Shown here: one piece after another, positions 1-10,404 of the stretch
How the letters are laid out: every line of letters begins with the position of its first letter
Position numbering within the stretch: the stretch's first letter is position 1
Assembly (NCBI RefSeq): GCF_001457615.1
Contig: NZ_LN831024.1
Span: forward strand, 1,980,001 to 2,012,000
Reading direction: 5' to 3'
Length of the DNA: 32,000 nucleotides
From: Pseudomonas aeruginosa
Lineage (GTDB): Bacteria; Pseudomonadota; Gammaproteobacteria; Pseudomonadales; Pseudomonadaceae
The notes under the pieces: model-generated
The model's input: the letters and a program-made list of their open reading frames with translations, nothing else
Database searches by the model: none
What the model was told of the DNA's origin: nothing
Program-made: the position numbers and the translations under genes

Positions 1-56
1 TGGCCGCGGACGGCAAAGAGGGGAGGGCCTACCCGTGGCGTCCGACCTGAATCGCT

Positions 57-950
57 TCAGGCCGCTGGAGTGCCGTTGCCGAATGCCTGTTCGTCGAGCA
101 GGCGCATGAAGGCGCGCGCGGCGTTCGACAGGGTCCGCTCAGTGTGCAGGATATAGCCGAGCTGGCGGCTGAGTTGGATGTCCTGCAGCGGCAGGCGCAC
201 CACCTGGTCGTCGAGCATGGTCCGCGGCAGCACGCTCCAGGCCAGGCCGATGGAGACCATCATCTTGATGGTCTCCAGGTAGTTGGTGCTCATGGCGATG
301 TTCGGCGTCAGCCCTTCGGCTTCGAACATGCGCCGCACGATGTGGTGGGTGAAGGTGTTGCCGCCGGGGAATACCGCGGGGTGCTTGGCGACGTCGGCGA
401 GGAACACCGTGCCCTGTCGGGCCAGCGGGTGCTCCGGGGCGGCGACGAAGTCCAGCGGGTCGTCCCACACCGGGACTGCGCGCACCGGTTCGGCGGTTTC
501 CGGGGCCAGGGTGATCACCGCCAGTTCCGCACGACCATGAAGGATCTCCTCGTAGGCCACTTCCGAATCCAGGAACTGGATATCCAGCGCCACCTGCGGA
601 TGCGCCCGGGTGAAGGCGCGCAGCAGCGGCGGCAGGCGATGCAGGCCGATGTGGTGGCTGGTGGCCAGGACCAGCCGGCCGCTGACCTCGCCGGTGAGGT
701 TGTTCAGCGCCCGGCGGGTGTCGTCGAGCACGTTGAGCAACTGGTAGGCGCGCGGCAGCAGGGCGCGGCCGGCCTCGGTGAGGTTGACCTCGCGGCCGAC
801 CCGGTCGAACAGCCGGGCATTGAGCTGCTGTTCGAGGGCGGCGATGCGCTTGCTCACCGCCGGTTGGGTCAGGTGCAGGCGCTCGCCGGCTTCGGAGAAG
901 CTGCCGGTCTCGGCAATGGCGATGAAGGTGTTGAGGCTGTTCAGGTCCAT
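57..950 (-). CDS. LysR-family transcriptional regulator (LTTR), divergent from leuC
   Basis: 297-aa ORF with an N-terminal winged-HTH (FSEAGERLHLTQPAVSKRIAALEQQL) typical of LTTRs and a C-terminal effector-domain-like region. Its position corresponds to PA3122 as I recall it. Confidence 0.9.
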   Translation of the reverse strand: MDLNSLNTFIAIAETGSFSEAGERLHLTQPAVSKRIAALEQQLNARLFDRVGREVNLTEAGRALLPRAYQLLNVLDDTRRALNNLTGEVSGRLVLATSHHIGLHRLPPLLRAFTRAHPQVALDIQFLDSEVAYEEILHGRAELAVITLAPETAEPVRAVPVWDDPLDFVAAPEHPLARQGTVFLADVAKHPAVFPGGNTFTHHIVRRMFEAEGLTPNIAMSTNYLETIKMMVSIGLAWSVLPRTMLDDQVVRLPLQDIQLSRQLGYILHTERTLSNAARAFMRLLDEQAFGNGTPAA

Positions 951-996
951 TGCGGGCCTCCGCTGGTTTCGGCTGCCCGGAGCTTAGCGCCAATGG

Positions 997-1011
997 ATTC
1001 CTGTTGGGAAT
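997..1011. promoter_or_regulatory. Candidate LTTR recognition site (T-N11-A dyad ATTCC-N5-GGAAT)
   Basis: Perfect inverted repeat ATTCCTGTTGGGAAT in the lysR/leuC divergent intergenic region. Its centre lies about 65 bp upstream of the TSS predicted from the putative leuC promoter. Confidence 0.4.
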
Positions 1012-1033
1012 GCTTTGGATGAAAAATATGAAT

Positions 1034-1062
1034 TTGAGTTATTCGTAGACAAGCCATAGGAT
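1034..1062 (+). promoter_or_regulatory. Putative sigma70 promoter for leuCD (TTGAGT-N17-TAGGAT)
   Basis: Hexamers read directly, with a 17-nt spacer, about 50 nt upstream of the leuC ATG. GAGGAA Shine-Dalgarno at 1100-1105. No experimental support. Confidence 0.3.
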
Positions 1063-1112
1063 CATCCTCACAAGCCCTGTGGGCATAGAAATGAGCTGAT
1101 GAGGAAATCCCG

Positions 1113-2537
1113 ATGGCCGGCAAGACCCTCTACGACAAACTCTGGGACATGCACCTGGTCAAGCAGCGCGACGACGGTTCGGCGCTGATCTACATCGACC
1201 GCCATATCCTGCACGAAGTGACCTCGCCGCAGGCCTTCGAGGGTCTTCGCCTGGCCGGGCGCAAGCCGTGGCGGATCGACGCCAACATCGCCACCCCGGA
1301 CCACAACGTGCCGACCACCCGCACCGAGCGCAAGGGCGGCATCGCCGCCATCGCCGACGAGGTCTCGCGCCTGCAGGTGCAGACCCTCGACGAGAACTGC
1401 GACGACTTCGGCATCACCGAATTCAAGATGAACGACGTGCGCCAGGGCATCGTCCATGTGGTCGGTCCGGAGCAGGGCGCGACCCTCCCGGGGATGACCG
1501 TGGTCTGCGGCGACTCGCACACTTCCACCCACGGCGCCTTCGGCGCGCTGGCCCACGGCATCGGCACTTCCGAGGTCGAGCATGTGCTGGCGACCCAGTG
1601 CCTGGTGGCGAAGAAGATGAAGAACATGCTGGTCAAGGTCGAAGGCAGGCTGCCGGCCGGCGTCACGGCGAAGGATATCGTCCTCGCGGTGATCGGCAGG
1701 ATCGGCACCGCCGGCGGCAACGGCCACGCCATCGAGTTCGCCGGCAGCGCCATCCGCGACCTGTCCATCGAAGGGCGGATGACCATCTGCAACATGTCGA
1801 TCGAGGCGGGCGCCCGCGTCGGCCTGGTCGCCGTCGACCAGAAGACCATCGACTACGTGAAGGGCCGGCCCTTCGCGCCGAGCGCCGAGCAATGGGACCA
1901 GGCCGTCGCCTGCTGGCAGGGGCTGGTGTCGGACGCCGATGCCCGCTTCGATACCGTGGTCGAGCTGGACGCCGCGCAGATCAAGCCGCAGGTCAGCTGG
2001 GGCACGTCGCCGGAAATGGTCCTGGCGGTGGACCAGAACGTGCCGGACCCGGCCCGCGAGAGCGACCCGATCAAGCGCGGTTCGATCGAGCGCGCCTTGA
2101 AGTACATGGGCCTGCGGCCGAACCAGGCGATCACCGACATCCAGCTGGACCGGGTATTCATCGGTTCCTGCACCAACTCGCGGATCGAGGACCTGCGCGC
2201 TGCCGCCGAAGTGGCCAGGGGCCGCAAGGTCGCCGCGACCATCAAGCAGGCGCTGGTGGTGCCGGGTTCCGGGTTGGTCAAGGAGCAGGCCGAGAAGGAA
2301 GGCCTGGACCGGATCTTCATCGAGGCCGGCTTCGAATGGCGCGAGCCGGGCTGTTCCATGTGCCTGGCGATGAACCCGGACCGGCTGGAGAGCGGCGAAC
2401 ACTGCGCCTCGACCTCCAACCGCAACTTCGAGGGCCGTCAGGGCGCCGGTGGCCGTACCCACCTGGTCAGCCCGGCGATGGCCGCCGCCGCGGCCGTCAA
2501 CGGCCGCTTCATCGATGTCCGCGAATTGCTCGCCTGA
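1113..2537 (+). CDS. leuC: 3-isopropylmalate dehydratase large subunit
   Basis: 474 aa of the aconitase family with motifs [24 protein letters not shown] and Fe-S cysteines in CSMCLAMN. Followed directly by leuD. Confidence 0.97.
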   Translation: MAGKTLYDKLWDMHLVKQRDDGSALIYIDRHILHEVTSPQAFEGLRLAGRKPWRIDANIATPDHNVPTTRTERKGGIAAIADEVSRLQVQTLDENCDDFGITEFKMNDVRQGIVHVVGPEQGATLPGMTVVCGDSHTSTHGAFGALAHGIGTSEVEHVLATQCLVAKKMKNMLVKVEGRLPAGVTAKDIVLAVIGRIGTAGGNGHAIEFAGSAIRDLSIEGRMTICNMSIEAGARVGLVAVDQKTIDYVKGRPFAPSAEQWDQAVACWQGLVSDADARFDTVVELDAAQIKPQVSWGTSPEMVLAVDQNVPDPARESDPIKRGSIERALKYMGLRPNQAITDIQLDRVFIGSCTNSRIEDLRAAAEVARGRKVAATIKQALVVPGSGLVKEQAEKEGLDRIFIEAGFEWREPGCSMCLAMNPDRLESGEHCASTSNRNFEGRQGAGGRTHLVSPAMAAAAAVNGRFIDVRELLA

Positions 2538-2548
2538 GGAGAACCGAG

Positions 2549-3187
2549 ATGAAACCCTATACCCAGACGACCGGTCTCGTCGCTCCGCTGGATCGCGCCA
2601 ACGTCGATACCGATCAGATCATTCCCAAGCAATTCCTCAAGTCGATCAAGCGCACCGGCTTCGGCCCCAACCTGTTCGACGAATGGCGCTACCTGGATGT
2701 CGGGCAGCCGGGACAGGACAACTCGAAGCGTCCGCTGAACCCGGACTTCGTCCTCAACCAGCCGCGCTACCAGGGCGCCAGCGTACTGCTGGCGCGGGAG
2801 AACTTCGGCTGCGGCTCGTCCCGCGAGCACGCGCCCTGGGCGCTGGACGAGTACGGTTTCCGCACGGTGATCGCACCGAGCTATGCCGACATCTTCTTCA
2901 ACAACAGTTTCAAGAACGGCTTGCTGCCGATCATCCTGCCCGAGGCCGAGGTGGACGAACTGTTCCGCCAGGTCGAGGCGAACGAAGGCTACCAGTTGTC
3001 CATCGACCTGGCGGCGCAGACCGTTACCCGTCCTGATGGCAAGGTGCTGGGGTTCGAGGTCGACCCGTTCCGCAAGCATTGCCTGCTCAACGGCCTCGAC
3101 GACATCGGCCTGACGCTGCAGGACGCCGATGCGATCCGTGCCTTCGAGGACGGCTACCGCCAGCAGCAGCCCTGGCTGTTCCGCTGA
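2549..3187 (+). CDS. leuD: 3-isopropylmalate dehydratase small subunit
   Basis: Internal ATG at 2549 of the long track ORF 1268..3187, 11 nt after the leuC stop. Gives 212 aa starting [30 protein letters not shown], with the GCGSSREHA motif. Confidence 0.97.
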   Translation: MKPYTQTTGLVAPLDRANVDTDQIIPKQFLKSIKRTGFGPNLFDEWRYLDVGQPGQDNSKRPLNPDFVLNQPRYQGASVLLARENFGCGSSREHAPWALDEYGFRTVIAPSYADIFFNNSFKNGLLPIILPEAEVDELFRQVEANEGYQLSIDLAAQTVTRPDGKVLGFEVDPFRKHCLLNGLDDIGLTLQDADAIRAFEDGYRQQQPWLFR

Positions 3188-3207
3188 GCGCCACGCGAGT
3201 CCCCTTG

Positions 3208-3242
3208 CCGGGCGCATCCTGGGTAGGGTGCGCCCGGTTTTT
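3208..3242 (+). terminator. Rho-independent terminator-like hairpin after leuD
   Basis: 9-bp perfect stem CCGGGCGCA / TGCGCCCGG with a 12-nt loop, followed immediately by TTTTT (3238-3242). Confidence 0.6.
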
Positions 3243-3258
3243 CTCCCGGAGTAGGTTC

Positions 3259-4020
3259 ATGAGCGACCACGATGACGTTGTCCAGCGCCAGTTCGGCGCC
3301 CAGGCTTCGGCCTACCTGAGCAGCGCCGTGCATGCCCAGGGCGAGGAATTCGCCTTGCTGCGCGACGCCCTGGCCGGGCGCCCGGAAGCGCGGGTCCTCG
3401 ACCTGGGCTGCGGCGCCGGCCACGTGAGCTTCCAGGTCGCCGCCCTGGCAGGGGAGGTGGTGGCCTACGATCTTTCCGCCGAGATGCTCGCCGTGGTGGC
3501 GCAGAGCGCCGCGGAACGGGGCATGGCGAACATCCGCACCGAGCAGGGCAAGGCGGAGAGCCTGCCCTTCGCCGACGGCGAGTTCGATTTCGTCTTCAGT
3601 CGCTATTCCACCCATCACTGGCGCGACGTCGGCCTGGCCCTGCGCGAGGTGCGGCGGGTGCTCAAGCCCGGCGGGGTGGCGATCTTCGTCGACGTGGCGG
3701 CGCCCGGGCAGGCCTTGCCGGACACCTTCCTGCAGACCGTCGAGCTGCTCCGCGACACCAGCCATGTGCGCAACTACTCGCCGGCCGAGTGGGCGCGCCT
3801 GAGCGGCGAGGCGGGGTTGCTGGTCACCGGAAGCCGGCGCCAGCGTCTGCGCTTGGAGTTCCAGTCGTGGGTCGAGCGGATGCGTACGCCGGAGGTGTTC
3901 CGCCAGGCGATCCGCAGCCTGCAGCTGGCGGTGGGCGAGGAAGTCAGAGAGTATTTCGAGATTGCCGACGACGGCTCGTTCAGCACCGACGTGCTGGTGC
4001 TGTGGCTGCGTCGGGAGTGA
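3259..4020 (+). CDS. Class I SAM-dependent methyltransferase (Methyltransf_11 / UbiE-SmtA-like)
   Basis: 253 aa from the ATG at 3259, with GGAG 7 nt upstream. Motif [11 protein letters not shown], post-I acidic residue (AYDLS), motif III-like [11 protein letters not shown]. Sits between leuD and leuB (PA3119 position by recall). Confidence 0.85.
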   Translation: MSDHDDVVQRQFGAQASAYLSSAVHAQGEEFALLRDALAGRPEARVLDLGCGAGHVSFQVAALAGEVVAYDLSAEMLAVVAQSAAERGMANIRTEQGKAESLPFADGEFDFVFSRYSTHHWRDVGLALREVRRVLKPGGVAIFVDVAAPGQALPDTFLQTVELLRDTSHVRNYSPAEWARLSGEAGLLVTGSRRQRLRLEFQSWVERMRTPEVFRQAIRSLQLAVGEEVREYFEIADDGSFSTDVLVLWLRRE

Positions 4021-4078
4021 CGGTTCGATCACGGCGGCGCATGCCCGCCGTTCAATGAATGAAGGACAAGAGGGTGTT

Positions 4079-5161
<1,083 letters not shown>

Positions 5162-5172
5162 TCTGACGGGCT

Positions 5173-5200
5173 TGGCCGGCGCCATGATGGCTGCCGGCCA
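5173..5200 (+). other. GC-rich intercistronic stem-loop (no T-run)
   Basis: TGGCCGGC(GCC)...(GGC)tGCCGGCCA inverted repeat 12 nt after the leuB stop. Not followed by a U-tract. Confidence 0.35.
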
Positions 5201-5230
5201 GCTCACTTCTCTCATATAGGTGTAGTTGCG

Positions 5231-6343
5231 ATGAAGCGTGTAGGTCTGATCGGTTGGCGCGGGATGGTGGGTTCCGTACTCATGCAGCGGATGCTGGAAG
5301 AGCGGGACTTCGACCTGATCGAGCCGGTGTTCTTCACCACGTCGAACGTCGGTGGCCAGGGCCCGGAAGTGGGCAAGGACATCGCTCCGCTGAAGGACGC
5401 CTACAGCATCGACGAGCTGAAGACCCTCGACGTGATCCTGACCTGCCAGGGCGGCGACTACACCAGCGAAGTATTCCCCAAGCTGCGCGAGGCCGGCTGG
5501 CAGGGCTACTGGATCGATGCTGCCTCCAGCCTGCGCATGGAAGACGACGCGGTGATCGTCCTCGACCCGGTCAACCGCAAGGTCATCGACCAGGCCCTGG
5601 ACGCCGGCACCCGCAACTACATCGGCGGCAACTGCACCGTCAGCCTGATGCTGATGGCCCTGGGCGGGCTGTTCGACGCCGGCCTGGTCGAGTGGATGAG
5701 CGCCATGACCTACCAGGCCGCCTCCGGCGCCGGTGCGCAGAACATGCGTGAACTGCTCAAGCAGATGGGCGCCGCCCATGCATCGGTGGCGGATGACCTG
5801 GCCAACCCGGCCAGCGCGATCCTCGACATCGACCGCAAGGTGGCGGAGACCCTGCGCAGCGAAGCCTTCCCCATCGAGCATTTCGGCGCGCCGCTGGGCG
5901 GCAGCCTGATCCCCTGGATCGACAAGGAACTGCCCAACGGGCAGAGCCGCGAAGAGTGGAAGGCCCAGGCGGAGACCAACAAGATCCTCGCCCGCTTCAA
6001 GAACCCGATCCCGGTCGACGGTATCTGCGTGCGCGTCGGCGCCATGCGTTGCCACAGCCAGGCACTGACCATCAAGTTGAACAAGGATGTGCCGCTGACC
6101 GACATCGAGGGCCTGATCAGCCAGCACAATCCCTGGGTCAAGCTGGTGCCGAACCACCGCGAGGTAAGCGTGCGCGAGCTGACCCCGGCCGCCGTCACCG
6201 GCACCCTGAGCGTTCCGGTCGGGCGCCTGCGCAAACTGAACATGGGCTCCCAGTATCTCGGCGCCTTCACCGTCGGCGACCAGTTGCTGTGGGGCGCTGC
6301 CGAGCCGCTGCGGCGCATGTTGCGCATCCTGCTGGAGCGCTGA
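5231..6343 (+). CDS. asd: Aspartate-semialdehyde dehydrogenase
   Basis: 370 aa with an N-terminal NADP-binding GWRGMVG, active-site Cys in GGNCTVSL, and the R...H pair in [11 protein letters not shown]. Confidence 0.97.
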   Translation: MKRVGLIGWRGMVGSVLMQRMLEERDFDLIEPVFFTTSNVGGQGPEVGKDIAPLKDAYSIDELKTLDVILTCQGGDYTSEVFPKLREAGWQGYWIDAASSLRMEDDAVIVLDPVNRKVIDQALDAGTRNYIGGNCTVSLMLMALGGLFDAGLVEWMSAMTYQAASGAGAQNMRELLKQMGAAHASVADDLANPASAILDIDRKVAETLRSEAFPIEHFGAPLGGSLIPWIDKELPNGQSREEWKAQAETNKILARFKNPIPVDGICVRVGAMRCHSQALTIKLNKDVPLTDIEGLISQHNPWVKLVPNHREVSVRELTPAAVTGTLSVPVGRLRKLNMGSQYLGAFTVGDQLLWGAAEPLRRMLRILLER

Positions 6344-6350
6344 TCGATCC

Positions 6351-6375
6351 GGCGCCGCCCGCAATGGGCGGCGCC
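6351..6375 (+). other. GC-rich stem-loop after asd
   Basis: 10-bp perfect stem GGCGCCGCCC / GGGCGGCGCC with loop GCAAT, 8 nt after the asd stop. No T-run. Confidence 0.35.
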
Positions 6376-6444
6376 TCGATTGCCTGGGCGAAGGTGGGCA
6401 AGTAAAGTGCCACGCCTATTTCGCAGACCGCCGAGGCTTTTCCC

Positions 6445-7455
6445 ATGTCCCAGCCCCTCAATGTCGCAGTCGTAGGCGCCACCGGATCGGTTGGCGAGGC
6501 TCTGGTCGGTCTCCTCGACGAACGCGACTTCCCGCTTCATCGTTTGCACCTGCTGGCCAGCGCCGAGTCGGCCGGGCAGCGCATGGGTTTCGCCGAAAGC
6601 AGCCTGCGCGTCGGCGATGTCGATAGCTTCGATTTTTCCAGTGTCGGCCTGGCCTTCTTCGCCGCGGCAGCCGAGGTGTCGCGTGCCCATGCCGAGCGCG
6701 CCCGCGCGGCGGGTTGTTCGGTGATCGACCTGAGCGGCGCCCTGGAACCGAGCGTCGCACCGCCGGTCATGGTTTCGGTGAATGCCGAACGCCTGGCCTC
6801 GCAAGCGGCGCCGTTCCTTTTGTCCAGTCCTTGCGCCGTAGCCGCCGAACTGTGCGAAGTGCTGGCGCCACTCCTGGCCACGCTGGATTGCCGGCAACTG
6901 AACCTGACAGCCTGCCTCTCCGTCTCCAGCCTGGGGCGCGAAGGGGTCAAGGAACTCGCCCGGCAGACCGCCGAACTGCTCAATGCGCGCCCCCTGGAGC
7001 CGCGTCTCTTCGACCGCCAGATCGCCTTCAACCTGCTCGCGCAGGTCGGAGCGGTGGATGCCGAGGGACACAGCGCGATCGAGCGGCGCATCTTCGCGGA
7101 GGTGCAGGCCTTGCTTGGCGAGCGTATCGGACCGTTGAACGTTACCTGCATCCAGGCGCCGGTATTCTTCGGCGATAGCCTCAGCGTGACCCTGCAGTGC
7201 GCGGAACCGGTGGACCTGGCCGCGGTGACGCGGGTCCTCGATGCGACGAAAGGTATCGAATGGGTCGGCGAGGGCGATTATCCGACGGTGGTCGGCGATG
7301 CCCTCGGCCAGGACGAGACCTATGTCGGCCGGGTGAGGGCGGGGCAGGCTGATCCCTGTCAGGTCAATTTGTGGATTGTGTCTGATAATGTGCGAAAAGG
7401 TGCCGCGCTGAATGCCGTGCTCCTGGGTGAGTTGTTGATAAAACACTATCTGTAA
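6445..7455 (+). CDS. USG-1-like aspartate-semialdehyde dehydrogenase paralog
   Basis: 336 aa with an N-terminal Rossmann motif VAVVGATGSVGEAL and a Cys retained in SSPCAV. The asd R/H catalytic pair aligns to Q/D (CIQAPVFFGDS). Same position as E. coli usg upstream of truA (PA3116 position by recall). Confidence 0.9.
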   Translation: MSQPLNVAVVGATGSVGEALVGLLDERDFPLHRLHLLASAESAGQRMGFAESSLRVGDVDSFDFSSVGLAFFAAAAEVSRAHAERARAAGCSVIDLSGALEPSVAPPVMVSVNAERLASQAAPFLLSSPCAVAAELCEVLAPLLATLDCRQLNLTACLSVSSLGREGVKELARQTAELLNARPLEPRLFDRQIAFNLLAQVGAVDAEGHSAIERRIFAEVQALLGERIGPLNVTCIQAPVFFGDSLSVTLQCAEPVDLAAVTRVLDATKGIEWVGEGDYPTVVGDALGQDETYVGRVRAGQADPCQVNLWIVSDNVRKGAALNAVLLGELLIKHYL

Positions 7456-7474
7456 AAGATACTTACCCACAGAT

Positions 7475-7502
7475 TTGTAGAATTATTCGAGCTTGTTAAT
7501 AC
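7475..7502 (+). promoter_or_regulatory. Possible sigma70 promoter for fimV (TTGTAG-N16-TAATAC)
   Basis: Hexamers lie in the only AT-rich patch of the 168-nt spacer upstream of fimV. Purely sequence-based. Confidence 0.2.
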
Positions 7503-7623
7503 TGGTTCGATCCGCTGCTGCCGGGGAGCGTCCGTCCATGCATGGCTGGGCGAGCGGACAGCAAGCACCGACGCACTCCCTCTCGTGAAACGAGAAAAGA
7601 TATTAAAACCAAGGGATTACACT

Positions 7624-10383
7624 ATGGTTCGGCTTCGTACACTGGTTCGGGCAATCGCGGCGGCCTCGGTCCTGACTTCCGGCATGGCGCATGGATTGGG
7701 ACTGGGGGAAATCACCCTGAAGTCGGCGTTGAACCAACCGTTGGATGCCGAGATCGAGCTGCTCGAAGTTCGTGACCTGGGTTCGGGCGAGGTGATCCCG
7801 AGCCTGGCGTCGCCGGAAGAGTTCAGCAAGGCGGGCGTCGATCGCCTGTACTACCTCACCGACCTGAAGTTCACGCCGGTGGTGAAGCCCAACGGCAAGA
7901 GCGTCATTCGCGTGACCTCGTCGAAGCCGGTGCAGGAGCCCTACCTGAACTTCCTGGTCCAGGTGCTCTGGCCGAACGGCCGCCTGCTGCGCGAGTACAC
8001 CGTCCTGCTGGATCCGCCGCTGTACTCCCCGCAGGCCGCGGCAAGCGCTCCGCAAGCGCCGGTCAGCGCGCCGCGCGCGACCGGCGCCCCGCGAGCCCCG
8101 CAGGCTCCGGCTCCGGTGCGTACCACCGCGCCGGCAGGCAGCGACACCTATCGCACCGTTTCCAACGACACGCTCTGGGAGATCGCCCAGCGCAACCGTA
8201 CCGATCGCGTTTCCGTACCCCAGGCGATGCTCGCGTTCCAGGAGCTGAATCCGGGCGCCTTCGTCGATGGCAACATCAACCGGCTGAAGAGCGGCCAGGT
8301 CCTGCGCATTCCCACCGAACAGCAGATGCTGGAGCGCTCGCCGCGCGAGGCGCTGTCCCAGGTGCAGGCGCAGAACCAGAGCTGGCGCGGCAGCCGCAAT
8401 CCGGCCGCGGGCAGCGCTGGCGCCAGGCAGTTGGATGCGACCCAGCGCAATGCCGCCGGGTCGGCGCCATCCAAGGTCGACGCCACGGACAATCTGCGCC
8501 TGGTGTCTGGCGAGGGCAAGGCCAGCAAGGGTGCCGACAAGGGCGGAAAGGGCGACAGCAAGGCGATCGCCGATACCCTGGCGGTGACCAAGGAAAGCCT
8601 CGACAGCACTCGCCGCGAGAACGAAGAACTGCAGAGTCGCATGCAGGATCTGCAGAGCCAGTTGGACAAGCTGCAGAAGTTGATCCAGCTGAAGGACGCC
8701 CAGTTGGCCAAGCTGCAAGGGCAGTTGGGCGCCGAAGGCCAGGGCGCAGCCCAGCCGAACGCAGCCCTGCCGGATGCGTCCCAGCCCAATGCGGCCGCGC
8801 AGGCGCCGGCTCAGCCCGGGACTCCTGCTGCGGCAGCGCCGACTCCTGCTCCAGCCGGAGAAGCACCCGCCGCTCCGGCGCAGCCTCCGGTGGCGCCGCC
8901 GCCCGCGCCAGCTGCCGAGAAGCCTCCGGCACCTGCCGTTCCGGCGCCCGCTCCGGTACAGGCGGCAGAGCAGCCGGCACCGAGCTTCCTCGACGAACTG
9001 CTGGCCAACCCGCTGTGGTTGGCGGTGATCGGCGGTAGCGCACTGCTGGCGTTGCTGGTGCTGCTGATGATCCTGTCGCGGCGCAATGCGCAGAAAGAGA
9101 AGGAAGAAGCCCAGGCTTTCGCCGCGGATACCGGCGAGGAACAGGAGGATGCGCTGGACCTGGGAAAGGACGGCTTCGACGACCTGACCCTCGACGAGCC
9201 TGAGCCGCAGGTCGCAGCCGTCGCTCCGCAGGTCGAGAAGACCACCGCGCAGACTTCCGATGCGCTGGGCGAGGCCGACATCTATATCGCCTACGGGCGT
9301 TTCAACCAGGCCGCCGAACTGTTGCAGAACGCCATCTACGACGAGCCGCAGCGCACCGACCTGCGCCTCAAGCTGATGGAAGTCTATGCCGAGATGGGCG
9401 ATCGCGAAGGTTTCGCTCGCCAGGAAAACGAGCTGCGCGAAATCGGCGGCGCACAGCCGCAGGTCGAGCAGCTCAAGTCGCGCTATCCGGCAATGGTCGC
9501 GGTCGCCGCGGTTGCCGGCCTGGCCGGCGCCAAGCTGGCGCAGGACGAGCTGGATAGCTTCAGCCTCGACGATCTGTCGCTCGACGACAGCGGTCACGCG
9601 GCCAAGCCGGATGCGGCAGGACAGGATCTCGACGACGCCTTCGACCTGAGCCTGGACGACCTGGGCGGCGACGACGTGCAGGCCGACCTCAAGTCCGACA
9701 GCGGGGCGCTGGACGACCTGACCCTGGACAGCGATCTGGACCTGGCGGCCTCGACCGCGGCGGACAAGCCTGTCGACGATCTCGACTTCGGCCTGGATTT
9801 CGCGGAGTTGGCAGAGACTCCGAGCCAACCCAAGCATGACGACCTGGGCGATTTCTCCCTGGATCTCGATGCGCCGGAAGACAAGCTTTCGGACGACGAC
9901 TTCCTGCTTTCGCTGAACGACGAAGTGCCCGCCGCGGCGCCCGCCGACAACGAATTCACCCTCGATACCGAGGCTGCCGAAGAGCCGGCGTTGTCCCTGC
10001 CGGACGACTTCGACCTGTCGCTGGCCGACGAGCCGACGGAGCCGGCCGCTCCGGAGAAGGGCGAGGACAGTTTCGCCGCCCAGTTGGACGAGGTGAGTGC
10101 GCAGTTGGACGAGTTGGCCAGCAACCTTGACGAGCCGAAGAGCGCGACGCCGAGTTTCTCCGCCGAAGATGCAGCGGTCGCCTCCGCCCTGGACGGAGAC
10201 GCCGACGATGACTTCGACTTCCTCTCCGGTGCCGACGAAGCGGCGACCAAGCTGGATCTGGCTCGCGCCTACATCGACATGGGCGATAGCGAAGGCGCGC
10301 GCGATATCCTCGACGAAGTCCTGGCCGAAGGTAACGACAGCCAGCAGGCGGAAGCCCGCGAGTTGCTGGAGCGCCTGGCCTGA
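7624..10383 (+). CDS. fimV: FimV: peptidoglycan-binding inner-membrane polar hub protein for type IV pili and cAMP signalling
   Basis: 919 aa from the ATG at 7624 (AAGGGA SD upstream); the track ORF begins 13 codons earlier at a GTG. Has a signal-like N-terminus, a LysM region (about 8146-8313, YRTVSNDTLWEIAQ...VLRIP), a coiled-coil, a Pro/Ala-rich linker, one TM segment (9013-9078), a very acidic cytoplasmic region and a C-terminal FimV TPR-like motif (LDLARAYIDMGDSEGARDILDEVL). Confidence 0.93.
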   Translation: MVRLRTLVRAIAAASVLTSGMAHGLGLGEITLKSALNQPLDAEIELLEVRDLGSGEVIPSLASPEEFSKAGVDRLYYLTDLKFTPVVKPNGKSVIRVTSSKPVQEPYLNFLVQVLWPNGRLLREYTVLLDPPLYSPQAAASAPQAPVSAPRATGAPRAPQAPAPVRTTAPAGSDTYRTVSNDTLWEIAQRNRTDRVSVPQAMLAFQELNPGAFVDGNINRLKSGQVLRIPTEQQMLERSPREALSQVQAQNQSWRGSRNPAAGSAGARQLDATQRNAAGSAPSKVDATDNLRLVSGEGKASKGADKGGKGDSKAIADTLAVTKESLDSTRRENEELQSRMQDLQSQLDKLQKLIQLKDAQLAKLQGQLGAEGQGAAQPNAALPDASQPNAAAQAPAQPGTPAAAAPTPAPAGEAPAAPAQPPVAPPPAPAAEKPPAPAVPAPAPVQAAEQPAPSFLDELLANPLWLAVIGGSALLALLVLLMILSRRNAQKEKEEAQAFAADTGEEQEDALDLGKDGFDDLTLDEPEPQVAAVAPQVEKTTAQTSDALGEADIYIAYGRFNQAAELLQNAIYDEPQRTDLRLKLMEVYAEMGDREGFARQENELREIGGAQPQVEQLKSRYPAMVAVAAVAGLAGAKLAQDELDSFSLDDLSLDDSGHAAKPDAAGQDLDDAFDLSLDDLGGDDVQADLKSDSGALDDLTLDSDLDLAASTAADKPVDDLDFGLDFAELAETPSQPKHDDLGDFSLDLDAPEDKLSDDDFLLSLNDEVPAAAPADNEFTLDTEAAEEPALSLPDDFDLSLADEPTEPAAPEKGEDSFAAQLDEVSAQLDELASNLDEPKSATPSFSAEDAAVASALDGDADDDFDFLSGADEAATKLDLARAYIDMGDSEGARDILDEVLAEGNDSQQAEARELLERLA

Positions 10384-10404
10384 TCCGGAAATGAAGCGAC
10401 CCTC

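Noticed and set aside
1019-1048. Nine-codon ORF (MKNMNLSYS) upstream of leuC, considered as a possible leucine leader peptide or attenuator.
   Set aside because: It has no run of Leu codons and no alternative terminator/antiterminator structure between it and leuC. The LTTR-box geometry gives a better explanation for regulation.
1268-3187. 639-aa fused ORF covering most of leuC (out of frame) and leuD.
   Set aside because: Only the last 212 codons, from the ATG at 2549 just after the leuC stop, match LeuD. The upstream part is Arg/Pro-rich nonsense overlapping leuC.
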